The position numbers were made by a program, and so were the translations under genes. Below, in pieces: positions 51,926-64,000 of a DNA stretch of 64,000 nucleotides. The notes beneath the pieces were generated by a model. That model made no database searches and was not told where the DNA came from. It saw only the letters and a list, made by a program, of their open reading frames with translations. This DNA is from Dimorphilus gyrociliatus (lineage: Eukaryota; Animalia; Annelida): positions 2,167,643 to 2,231,642 of the forward strand of contig CAJFCJ010000014.1 in assembly GCA_904063045.1 (NCBI GenBank), read 5' to 3'. The first letter of the stretch is position 1. The number at the start of each line of letters is the position of its first letter.

Positions 51926-54900
51926 TAATATATATATATATATATATACATATATAAACATCATAAAGTATATACTGTATAAATACTATATCTATTTTGG
52001 AACAGTAGCGAATGCTTTTAACTTAATAATCTTAAACTCAATTAATCACCCTCTTTTACAAGATAAGACATTCAATACTAATCGAACTCTTCTAGGTTCT
52101 GGAATTAATGATTAAGTATAAAAGTACTGGTTCTTCTATCGATAAATATAGATCTTAGTCTTTGCGTTATGTTTACACTCTGAAATTATATTGATCTAAA
52201 AATAATACTTGAGCATTGTATAAAAGTTTACCAACTTTTTCGAGTATGATAAAATTAAGGCTATTATAATAAAATGAAAGTTGTTCTTATATTTTTCTAT
52301 TATAACAGGTTGTTAGACTAATCATTTAATGTCAGGCATAGTATTTGTTGAGAATAATCTCAACAAATCTCTATAATTTCAAAAATATCATATTAAATTG
52401 AAATACCTGACAGCGAACTAATCCTTGAATACCGCAATTATTGGAGCAATCAATTGGAGATTCATCGCAAATGTTGAAATGGTTAATTTCGTCCTCCGCA
52501 TAGATCTTTTTATTGCAAAGAGCGCAAAGAATTAATCGTCTTCTGCATTCTTCCGTAATATGCCTTTCAAAGTTACTTCTTATAATAACTTCTTCGCATT
52601 TTGGGCATTTTACTGGCGTCCAAATGCATTGGCTTAGATGATACTAAAGTGTAATCGGAAAAAAATTGTTATGTACCGAGAAATGTCTACGTAATGTAAA
52701 TATAATAAGTTTCCCAACCGGAATTTCACCATATAATCCTTCCCAAATGCAATTTTTTCTAAAGAAGGAGCACTTTACTTTTAAATTGTTCACTTCATCT
52801 CCCAATTCAACATTCATCAAAACGTTATCTACATCGAAGTTTACTCCATCTATCGGACAAGTAGCGTCGGATCTGTTTTAGGAAAAAAGAAATAGCAACA
52901 TAAACCATTCAATCAATAAAGAGATCAATTAAAACATAAACATATTTCCCCTAGTTTTTCAATAAAAACTTGTATTACATGGAAAGTTTATTACTATAAT
53001 TAAGGTACATAAAGAAAGATATTATAAAAGAAAGAAGATTAAAAAGTAAAAAAAAGAGGAGACAAAAGAGAGAGAGAGAGAGAGGGAGGGAGAGAAGAAT
53101 TGTCAATTACATATCTTTTTATATTAAATTTATTTTTATCACTTCCTGGACTTTTTTAAATTTATATCAAAATTATAATTCAGCGCTTGTTTAATTAACG
53201 TCTTTTATATAATAAAATACCTCTTTTTATTAAGACTATAAGAATATATACATATTCATTATTAACCTTAGTTTTTTCATTCTTTCAACATAAGATTGTA
53301 TTTAAACTAAGATATCGGTACTGTTATCTTTTTTTCAGATCATTCTATAATTATTAATAGGCACTTAGATTGGTGAGACCTTGTTTAATTTTTTAAAATA
53401 GACGAATCCTAAAAAGGAAATGCGTTGCATTAAAAATTAGACGCCTTCACACACTTTTGTGACATCTATAAATTCCATTAGACCGTCTAACTGTAATACA
53501 GCACTTTTTATACCTCTTAGATTTGCTATTTTTTGAAAAATAGTGTAAATATAGCTCTATAGAGTATATATATACTGTATATATATCTACATGAAAGATA
53601 CCATAAGTGGAAAGGGTTTCTCAGTTCAAGTCCATAAAATAATTGCATAGCTTTGTAGTAAAGGAAAATTTATACTGTTATCTATAATGGGAAAAGGTTG
53701 AATCTATAAGAAAATTCAATAGGTTATAATGACCAAAACTCATATTATATACTAATACATTTTTTCAAGCTTTTATACTTCGTCATATTCATAACTGACT
53801 TTTTATATATTCTTAATCATAGACTTTCTCAATGTTTACCTGAATATTTAATTAATTCTTTTCTAATTAAAAATCAATAGGGTTACATCAATTTTATTAC
53901 TTTTCTTTTCAAGCCTTCTATCTCTCTCTCTCTCGCTCATTTATTTATACCATTTTCTTTTTAATATTTAATTTGTCAAAATAGAAAAAGAGAAAGAGTT
54001 TAAGAGTATTTTAGTATGAGCAAATTTCATTGTGAATAACCCTTTTCTCTATCAGGTCGGGGAAGTAAAGGAATTGTAGCTTTTATAAAGTGTAAATGCA
54101 CTATGTTGTACTTAAATGCTGTTTAAATTAGAATGTTTGCATTGGAAAATGAAATGTCAAAAAAGCTAATTAATTAAACGATTTTTGACGCCATTGACAA
54201 GAGTTGGCAACCAATTTTAACGTCATAAGTCAATAACTCCTATTGATTGTTCATCCTTTGGCTAATAAGACTAAGTTATTTCACCTCATTAGAAAAGTAG
54301 GTTACTTTGGTTCATAAGAAAAATCTATCATTTCTATTTTCTTTTTCGTCAATATACAAGTATTCTGAACTAATATCAGTATATTAGAATTATAGATTCT
54401 ATTGAAATGTCAAAGTTGTTTCTTTAACAACATTAAAATAAGATTTAAACATGTTTAATTTTAAATTAGATGATATTTATGCAAAATACATTTCATTTTT
54501 ATTAATCATCAATAAATGAATACTTACTGAATAATAAAAATGAGCCAATTCTATTATAACTATTTAAAGTATTCTTTTATTCTTTTAGACTAAAGATATA
54601 GTTAATTGTAATAAAAATTTACTGTTAAATATTACATTTCCCTTTTACAAAAAAGTAGAGAAAAGGCTATTTAAATATTATGTTCTTTATTTTACCAATC
54701 TGAAATCATATTTTCTCCCTTATCCTATTTTTTCATATTTATGAATAATAAATTGTTAGTCTTCAAGCTCTTTGTCTCTATAATTTTATATATTAAATAC
54801 TGTATATACAGCTTTTTAGAGTTGTATATTTCTTTAGTTTGTTTTATGTTTCTTTTCAATTCTATCTTATTGTATAAATATTTTTTAAATATTTCTCTTA

Positions 54901-55569
54901 TTATCGTTATTGTCATGTTTTAAATGAAAAACGTAGTTTTAAAGGTGAAATCAAATCACTTAGAAAATTTTTTACTTACAGAGCTAAATCTTGATAGCAG
55001 GAGTAGCAGCAAGAATGTTCGCAGTAAGTTAGCTGTACCGGCTGCCAATACGTTAATTTACAAACAGGACATTCATATTTTGGGTCTGGTTCTTCTTCAA
55101 ATTCAATTTTAAATGCAGGCCTGTTTTGTAATTAGTATTTTTTTTTGTTAATATAAACAATTTCATTAACATTCATTAGTCGTGAAAAGCAAAAAGCATC
55201 TATACAATAACTACTCTATATATATACTTTATATATATATATATACCTTTGATATCTATCTATATCATTCCTGTTGTCTCCAATCGTGCTAACATCAGAA
55301 ACGCTTAGCATAGCAAGAGATTTATAACTCATGTTTCTTTGTACGGGTTTTACGGACTGTAATGATTTATTTTGATCTGAATTTTTTCTTTGTATCATTG
55401 GAGAGGCTGCTCGCACTAATTTTGGTACTTCCATTTCATTTCTATGAGCAGATTTCATAATATTATCAATTTCTTTCAAGGTCCTGCCGCCGTCATCCTC
55501 CGCATCTTTAAGGCCGTTTATTGATGAATCCTTGTCAGATGCCGGGCTTTCCGATTTTTCTAGAGTCAT
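49350..55569 (-). CDS. TRAF: TNF receptor-associated factor (RING, TRAF zinc fingers, coiled coil, MATH); MATH resembles invertebrate Traf-like/TRAF4-like proteins
   Basis: Exons 55569-55247, 55120-54980, 52872-52719, 52643-52407, 50318-50241, 50126-49793 and 49678-49350, phases consistent. RING CPVC..CEH..CYSC..CPID, about 5 Zn fingers, and MATH LVWKIENY..SPPFLTSRHGYKL..LLDWPF..FGAQKF. Confidence 0.93.
51890..51948. repeat. Interrupted (TA)n microsatellite in TRAF intron
   Basis: Two TA runs separated by ctaa. Confidence 0.95.
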
Positions 55570-55987
55570 CTTTCCATTTAGCAGTATTCAAACAAAGTAG
55601 AAAAATGATGAACAATAAAGAATACTGGAAAGGCAAATACTCTTTGCTAATCTCAAAACAATAAACTAATATGCGTCGCGTTCACCTTCTCCCATTCAAT
55701 AGAAAAGTCAGCCTACATGTTTGCCATAGATCTGTATTGTTCTGTATGAATTTTTGATGGCGTTGCTAACACAAGTAATATATGCAATCAATAAAGGAAA
55801 ACCTCATTTTTGCTGGATAAATTATAAAAATGCATATGTTTTGAGCATATTTAAAGTAATTTCAATTTTGAACATGTGACTAACGAAACGAATATTTAGT
55901 CTTCTTTATTATTTTTACTTGAAATTAATCTTAAATCTTGGCTAATTATAATAAAATATGAATTTTCAAATATTCCTTCACAACAAA

Positions 55988-55995
55988 TGACGTCA
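55988..55995. promoter_or_regulatory. Perfect CRE/ATF palindrome TGACGTCA about 420 nt upstream of the TRAF start
   Basis: Exact 8-bp palindrome in non-coding DNA 5' of the TRAF ATG (55569). Function is inferred only. Confidence 0.3.
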
Positions 55996-57456
55996 CATCC
56001 TTGTACGCGTGGGCATATCAACGATATTGAATAATGTATAAAATCTCTTTTGAAAGAATAGAACAGCCAATAAGAACAATTGTTGACACATATGTCATTT
56101 ATTTTTAATTATATCGTCCTCTTTTCTGCCATATTTTTAAAAATGTTTTAATTTTGCCATGTTATTTTTTGTTTTCCTTAGTTTGTTTGTCTCTATACAA
56201 ACTTGAATTTTCAGATAAAAGTTTTTTATTTTTGATCAACAGGTTAAAGTAAGAAAATAAATTGTAATAAAAAATTTTGAATAATGTAAAAAAGATAATA
56301 AAGGCTTGCTAGTTTTGAATAATTAAGCAAGTGTTAATCATAGAACATATTTCTTTATATTTGATTAAAACTGACCCCTTAAATAATTAAAAATTTATTC
56401 ATATAACTGTATGAACCCATACAAATATATATGTATGTTTACATGTAGATATATATATATATATGTGTACTCTGTTGCTTTTATTATATACAAAATATGA
56501 ACAATGATTTTTAAAGTACTATAATATAGAGTATTTATTATTAATAGATTAGTTTAATCTAGTTATTTTCTGTTTAGTATTCTTCATAAAATAAAAATTG
56601 AAGTTTTTCTCTGACTTTTTGTTATTTTTACCTTTCTCTTCTGTTAATCTTACTTTAAATAAGATATTTTGACATAATTAATACCTAGATTATACATCAA
56701 AGTATCTTCTATAAAAGTATCATAAAAACGAATCATTACAGCAACCTATTCTTAATAGATAATTGAATATAATGGTATAATATTTCTCCTTTAAAAATAT
56801 AATACTTTTTATGCCATAATATCGATAGAATGGGGATAATTGATTTTTTTCATAAAAGGTCGAAAATACCTTTTCTTCGGTATTGAATATTGTCTTGTCA
56901 ATTTGATCCTTATTTTTTCTTTTCCTTTACATAAAAGATAATCATTCTTATTTTTTTAATAATGAACATAAAAGTTTAACTCTTTTAATAATATATTTAA
57001 TCCTTTATATGTATATATACTGTTCAAACTTATTAATATGTTTATGTACACTATGTCTTTTTCTATATGTTTGTTTATTAGTGTATTTTCTTTTATAAAA
57101 CTAATTATACTGTAACGTCCTTGCTTCTTCCTTCCTCCCTTCCCCCTCTCTCTCTCTCTCTCTTACACTCACTCTCCATCTTTTCTTAATTAGCTTCAAT
57201 ATTCAAAGAGAAAGGTATTAAGAAATAAAGAACATTCATTTGAGAGACATTATAAAAAAGTAGTTGATTGTCTTTATATCTAAATGGCACGTTAATAAAG
57301 CAATATACGAGTAAATAATAAGAAGTAGATATTGGAATAAAAGAAATATATAAAAAAAGAAGGTTTCACTCTACGAAAGATACAAGAGAAAAGTTATTTT
57401 ACTGTTGCTAATATTAATTTGTATATGTTATAAAAGTAACTGTTTCTATTTTCTTT

Positions 57457-60029
57457 CTACAATGTACTCTGTTGAATATCTGGTTCCGATGATATAGTCG
57501 TTTGATGTTCTCTAGTTGGTACATTTCTCTGCTCAAGAAACGGATGATGTCTGTAAACGTGGTGCCATATTTCAGCATAACATACAGAGCAATGAAAACG
57601 GAAAAAGAGCAATAGCGGTAATGTTACGTTAACAATCATTGTCCAAGTAACTCCACCAATTATATCGTCGACTCTACGGAGATTTAAAGATTTTGCAGTA
57701 AAGCTTCTAGCTGCCCAAACTGCTACGTTACCCAAGAGGAGAAAAGTTACTGCACCTCGTCCGGGTTTTCGTTCTCTATCTTCCCTTTCTATGCATTTAA
57801 CCCTGAGTCCAAGAAGAATTGTGACACTTTGGAAAAGACTTTGACCAATCGAGATTATAGCAGTAATAGTAGCAAGAATTGCTAGAATATCACCACTATC
57901 CCTCTCTTTAAGATATATAACATTTGCATAAGCAAGTAAAGATTCTAAAACTAAGGAACCAATAAGGCTTATTAATAAAAGAACATCATCAACATTCGGA
58001 CCCTCGGCCTTGTGTTCCAGTTTTGATTGTTGAATTAGTGCAACCAGGCTTGCAATGAATAATATGATGTACCCAACAATACAGCTTGAATAATAAATCT
58101 TAATAGCAATTTCAGCTACACATCGAATTGAATGAAATCATAAAAATTTACTTTAACCAATAGCGTTCTTAAATACTGTAAATTAAACGTACAATGTAAT
58201 AGAAGCATTTTGTTATATACTCCAGATGGCACCCTCGTTTATACTATTTATAAATTTTTGTCGTTTGATTTACCCCTATTCCTACTGCTATTGATAGAGA
58301 GAATTTTAAATATGTTTTTATGAATTCATTCATACCTTCGCCTCTTTTAGTATAATGGTGAAAGAAAATAATTGAAATGATCATCATCGTTACAAATAAA
58401 ATACCAAAGAATAGGCCAGTGTGGGATTTATCTAGTAAACTTTTCCTTAGATGATGGTGATGATGATGGTGGTGGTGATGATGGTGATGATTGTTGTTAT
58501 TTTGAAGGCTAGACATATGTTGCAATGCTGCGGCATTGTCAAGTGCTGCTAGCGATTTATTATCTTCTATATCGTCCTCGCTATCGCTGGATTCGCTATT
58601 AGACGAATCTTCATCCTCGCTATTATTGTAATCCGGTAGAACTTCGGCTACTTTCAAGTACATAACGACGAACGTAGCCATCGCAATAAGACTGTATTCC
58701 AATACGAAAGGAAATAGTATGGGCACTATTTCATTAACGTATTCCTTCTTCCAATCCGTTTCTATACAAACTTTGGAGGTATTTGGTAAATCATCCTGAA
58801 TATTTTCAATAGTAGAAGTTTCGTTTTTTACTGAATGATGTGTTTTTGAGTGGTCATCAAGATGATTGATATTAAGTCGGATTTCGTTGATAAGCGTCCT
58901 TAGCCAAATACAAACATTAGTGACAATCACGTGACTAAACCCCATTATTGCGACAGTTAACTTTTTATTCTGAACGCAGGGCTAAATATTCCAAGTGAAA
59001 AGAGAAAGAGAGAAAAACACAATTATTATGAATTTATATTAGGAAACAAATTTGAACAGAACCAAAGAAAGAATGGTAACTCCCTTTGTTCCGTTCTGTG
59101 AAATACCTTTGAATGTTTAAAAATGAAAAAGGTTTGAAGAATGAGAAAGAATATTCTAAAGAAATAGGTCCATATTGTTCCAACGCTATCTTCGCAATTA
59201 TCCTTAACTTGTAAAAATTTATACTCAATTTCTAAAGCAGTATAAGTCACGTGTCCAGCACAAAAAGCTAATATAGGGATATAATTCTAATTTTTAAAAG
59301 ATAATATATGCATATATGTAAATTACCTAAAGCTCCAAGACGTAAATAAAAATTTGTCCCAGATTTTTTCTTTCGTTTTTGCTGAAAATGAGTTTTAGTT
59401 TTTTTTCTGTTTCTTTTTTTTTTTTTAATAAATTTTTTTTTTTAAAAAAAATGGAAAAAACCTTATAGAATAGGCGTTAATCAAGAAAATAAATTACCAT
59501 TTGGTGTTCAATATGTTGTTGCGTAATTAATGGGATAGGACTCCGACCTTGTTGTCTTAAAAACGTCGTATTCCATACAAAATTACCAGTATCAGTTTGT
59601 TGCTGAGCTTCTGGCATAGGTTGATTTTTATCCATCATGAAAAAATGACAACAAAAGAGAAATATGGTAGCGACCACATATAAATAAACCATAAAAATCT
59701 ATGAAGAGAAAGAAAGGGAAAGCAACGAATTATTTAAGAACACCCACAGATATACATATGTACAATATATGTATATTTTTTTATCGTATATTAACAATAT
59801 AAAACAATACAATAAAGAAACTTAATATGTAGAAAAAAAAGATGTTATCCAGATATATACTTACGCCATTTTCCGTCTTTTTACCCCATTCTCCTGTCGT
59901 AACTTCTATCATCGGAAATGTTATGCCAAGGGCCAAAATGATTGTTCCGTAAAGAATACTTACCATTGTAAAAAAGGTAAGTAGTTTGCTGTAATATATA
60001 TAAGCGAATCTATGAGCTTGTTCTTCCAT
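57457..60029 (-). CDS. OTOP: Otopetrin proton channel
   Basis: Exons about 60029-59865, 59698-59498, 59381-59327, 59267-59107, 58981-58336 and 58115-57457; a further first exon from ATG 60506 is possible but unresolved. Motifs SILYG..LGITFPM.EV, NFYLRLGALAF, LQTFFIF, HVIVTNVCIW, PFVLEYSLIA, DKSHTGLFFG, KPGRGAVTFLL.GNVAVW and FFRFHCSVC.AEIW. Confidence 0.92.
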
Positions 60030-61199
60030 GATATTCGTTCAAGTAATAGTACTCGAACAAGAAATATTTTATTATTTTATAAAGATATGACTGATTACAC
60101 TGATTTCGTTTCGTTTCTCTATTTATAAGATTATCAAAAACTTTTAGAGTATAATTAATTTCACTAAAGCTGATATGTCTTATCTCAATATCGGATAGAA
60201 ATCAATAAAATAATTCTTTATCTTTATATTACAAATAATAGTAAAAAAAAAGAAAAGAAATTCGTTCAATTAACACATTGAGATATTAATAATATAATAT
60301 CATTTTTCTGTTAGATACTTAATTAAACAAATTTTTAATTAATTTAATAAATTAAATTATATTAATTAATTAATAAATATACAAAATTACCTTTTAGAAG
60401 TTTTTTCAACGGTTACGTGTAGGGAATACATCCTCTGAAACTGCCTTGGTCTTCTCTCTAAACTTGATATGCTTGAGTCTTTCTCGTTTTGGCCACCGGT
60501 CGACATTATATTCTGGGTTAATATGAAAAATATTGTAAGGAAAAATGTTTGTGAACCAAAAACTAGACCTATTTTTTTTTACCAGGAATGTATTTGGCTA
60601 ACAGTGTTCTATTAATGTAGTATTGAAATTTTTTCTATTCTATTCAATACTGTTTATTTGATTATTTACAACCTTACTATCAATTTTTAAATAAGTTTAT
60701 ACTAATATATTAATTTATAAAGATATTTAAAGAAATTAAAAAATACGACACGATACTTATAACCAGTCTACCTCTTTGTCTTATTAACCAAGTTCAGCCT
60801 ATTTCTTTTCAAGATACAACACATTCCAACAATTGAATTACGTCATTATTACTCAGTACCCCTGTTCACAAATGATATATTTTTTATATTCACATAAAAA
60901 GACAGATATTAAGCAATACTTTCAAGAGTTGATATAAAAGCGAATGTTACTAGCTATGTACAATATATATATATACATATAGGTATATATACTGGATATA
61001 CTAGCACGTACAGTTCATATCTATTTTATAATATTTTGTCGAGTAATCTCTTTTTTTCTTTCATTAGAAACAATGTCCCTAATTAATAATTTAGGTTAAT
61101 TAATTCAGTAATTTTCTTTATAAAATGAAAACAAGATATAATTTATTGTGTCCTTCTTTCTAATCTATGTTTTTTTTTCATTTTCGTTTGATATCTTTA

Positions 61200-61232
<33 letters not shown>

Positions 61233-61597
61233 TCAAGTTAACCTTACTAAACGAATATAAAATTGTAAAAAAAAAATTAAAAACGGAAAAGAGATGGAAA
61301 GATAAAAAAGAAAAAAAAGATAACCATCATATTTTCATACCCTCATTTTACAAGAAATATTTTGACAGCTAACACGTTTATTAACTGTTATTTAAGGTTA
61401 AAAAGATTACGTTTAAAGGCTATATATATACGAGTTTGTTTACGAATTTTCAAAAATAGTATATTGTTCAATTTGTTTGAATAAATATATATATTTATAG
61501 ATTTATATTACTAATTTCGTAAACTCTTATAAACATCTATTGTTAATAATATATTTAAATTCAAGTATTTTGTTTGTATGGAAAACTATTCAAAAGA

Positions 61598-64000
61598 ATG
61601 ATATTGAAAATTATTGTAATTTTCCTCATCCTTTGGACTTTTCCCGACACTAAAGCGAATGAAAGTAAAAATATAAATAAATTGATAAAAGAAATATTTT
61701 CTTTTCTTTCTTTACTGTTTATTAAAATATTTGTAATTTTTATTTCATTCATTTTCAAGGTTGCAAAACAGCTGACATAGGTCTAATAATTGATAGTTCT
61801 GGTTCAATTGTTGGTGATTACTTAAATAATCCAGTTCATTGGAGTCAAATTAAAAGCTTTATTAAAAAATTAATGAGATCTTTTAATATTGGAGAAGGGA
61901 ACTTTAAATTTGCTGCCAATCAATTTGGTACAAGAGTAAGAAACTTGATAACTTTTAAGGACACACCAACTTTAGCAAACTATGAGGATATCCTTAAATA
62001 TAGGCTGAAATGGCCAACTGGTACAACAAATATGCTTGATGCTATTCGAAGTATGAAAAAGCTATTCGAGGGGCAGGGGACGAGAACAAAAGCACCTGAT
62101 ATTTATATACTTATTACGGACGGAAAACCTTATCCAACTAATCAGAATCCTATAATATTGAATATAGTAAAAGATTTGAAAAGTAAAGGAGCGTCTTTTA
62201 TTACAATAGGCGTTACTAAAAATATAGATCGTTCTCTCCTAACTAATATTGCGAGTAATAAAGATTTATTTATTAATATATCAAAATTTTCCGAATTGCA
62301 AAGAATCTCTAAAAGTATGCTTGGTCTGGTTTGTAAAACGGTTAAAAGAGTTTGTAAGTATAATTTATTTAATACTACTATATTTACAAAATATTGAAAA
62401 TAACTTTCTTTTTCTCTTTGCCATTCATAACTTCTATTTATAGCATTTTAATCATGTTTTCATTGCATTTAGCTTGTGAATCAGGAGATAGAGGAGATAT
62501 AGGCCTTATGCTAGATAGCTCAGGCTCAATCGTTCAAGACTATTTTAATGTTAGCAAGCACTGGTTCGAAGTTCAAACATTTGTAAGGCAATTATTGGGA
62601 TCTTTTAAAATTGGACAAAAACATTTCAAGTTCGCCATTAATCAATTTAATGATAATGCAAAAAATCTAATAACTTTAAAAGACCAACCGTCTTACGCTA
62701 ACTATGATAGAATCCTTAAGTCCAGATTAGAATGGCCAAATGGTATGACTAATATGCTTGACGCAGTGGTAAAGTTGAAGGAGGTATTTTCTGATTCTAG
62801 TAATAGGCCTAACGCACCGGATGTTTTCGTTCTAATAACCGATGGTAAACCTTATCCCAAATGGCAAAATGCAAAGATAATGAAAATTGTTAAAGAATTA
62901 AAAGAAAAAGGCGTTACATTCATAACAGTTGGCGTAACAAAAAATATAAACGAGACGCTTTTAAGAAAAATAGCTAGTAGAGATGACTTGTACGTAAAAA
63001 TAAACCAATTTTCCGATTTTAAAAGAATAAGTGGAGGATTATTTGGCTCAATTTGTAATTCCGTTAAGAAGTTTAGAACAGCTGCGCCAGGTTAATTAAT
63101 GAAGATACACAAATAATAATTTTTCTTTTTAACTAATAACTTTATTCTTTTATTACAGTTTGTCATAAAATGGCGGATATTGGTTTAATGATTGATAGTT
63201 CAGGATCAATAAAGGAAGATACAAAACAAAACTTAAATAATTGGAATAGTATTAAAGATTTTGTTAAAAAGTTAATAAGTAACTTTAAAATCTCAAATTA
63301 TGATTTTAAATTTGCCGCTGAAAAGTTTGGTAATGAAATTAAAACGATCTTTTCATTGAATGATACACCAAATGTGAATAATTATATTCATAAAATAAAT
63401 ACAAGAATTGGTCAACCAAATGGCAAAACAAATTTGTTAGGCGCAATAAAAACAATGGAAGAAATGTTTGAAAATAATAAAGGGAATAGAAAGAATGCAT
63501 TAGATATTTTTATATTAATAACCGATGGTTATCCAAATCCAGCGTGGCAAGCTAAATACGTATTAGATGCTGTAAATAATCTTAAAAATCGAAAGAATGT
63601 AACATTAATCTCTATTGGAATGACGAAACGGATAAATGAGACATTTATGAGACAAATATCAGGAGATAATTTTATACATATCCCAAAATTCTCCCAGTTA
63701 GTACCAAACTTAAATAAAGTTTATAGAAAAATATGCGATGCAAGACCTTTAGCAGCTGTTCAGTTGGAACAAAACATCAAAGGTTCATATATAATAACAG
63801 TATAGTTATGTAATCTAGTAATTTCTCTAATCTATGTATTTAACAATTATAGCCTGTTCGAAAGGAAATAAATTGGACGTTGGTATAATGATGGACACAT
63901 CAGCATCCTTAATAGGTGACACATATATGTCAAATTGGTATAAAATTCAACAATTTACAAAAGAAGTTCTAGTCACATTAAGTCTAAGATCTAGTGAAAC
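61598..64000 (+). CDS. Secreted tandem von Willebrand A domain protein (collagen VI N-terminal/matrilin-like), truncated by window end
   Basis: Signal-peptide exon 61598-61664, then VWA exons 61760-62353, 62473-63090, 63159-63782 and 63853 to beyond 64000, all joined in phase 1. MIDAS DSSGS/DTSAS, T and LITDG motifs. Confidence 0.9.

Noticed and set aside
4891-63095. Many 60-100 aa track ORFs antisense to or overlapping real exons (e.g. 4891-5364, 9441-9683, 13002-13295, 17018-17698, 23044-23288)
   Set aside because: They are shadows of coding exons or AT-rich noise with no independent motifs or splice logic.
1-64000. Prokaryotic features (operons, CRISPR arrays, defence systems, IS elements)
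   Set aside because: All genes have spliceosomal structure and metazoan families. No regularly spaced repeats or transposase ORFs were seen.

Overview
This is AT-rich (roughly 25-30% GC by eye, not computed), intron-containing animal genomic DNA, not prokaryotic. Introns are canonical GT-AG, mostly 45-100 nt, genes are closely packed, and (TA)n, (GA)n and (TAA)n microsatellites are common. That fits a compact invertebrate genome; a miniaturised lophotrochozoan such as the annelid Dimorphilus is a guess only. By stitching exons and checking splice phases by hand I support about 16 protein-coding genes: STRA6/RBPR2-like (missed by the ORF track, cut at the window start), TMEM200-like, ankyrin repeat plus partial SOCS box, two class A GPCRs, Sidestep/nephrin-like Ig5-FN3-TM, a carboxylesterase-fold protein lacking the catalytic Ser, an orphan 385-aa ORF, PqaA/AprA-like hydrolase, SLC22 transporter, MFSD4-like transporter, CD225/dispanin, a secreted 8-Cys peptide, TRAF, otopetrin, and a tandem-VWA secreted protein (cut at the window end). 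No rRNA, confident tRNA, CRISPR array or intact transposon was seen. The top lead is the 93-aa secreted, probably amidated peptide at 39121-39402. Its Cys spacing closely tracks the CHH/ITP neurohormone fold, and it sits beside a ~10 kb gene-free region containing a structured GC-rich island. Other leads are an apparently cytosolic pseudo-esterase, an intron-rich PqaA-family gene and a 13-His otopetrin loop. All family assignments come from motif recognition; no database searches were run.
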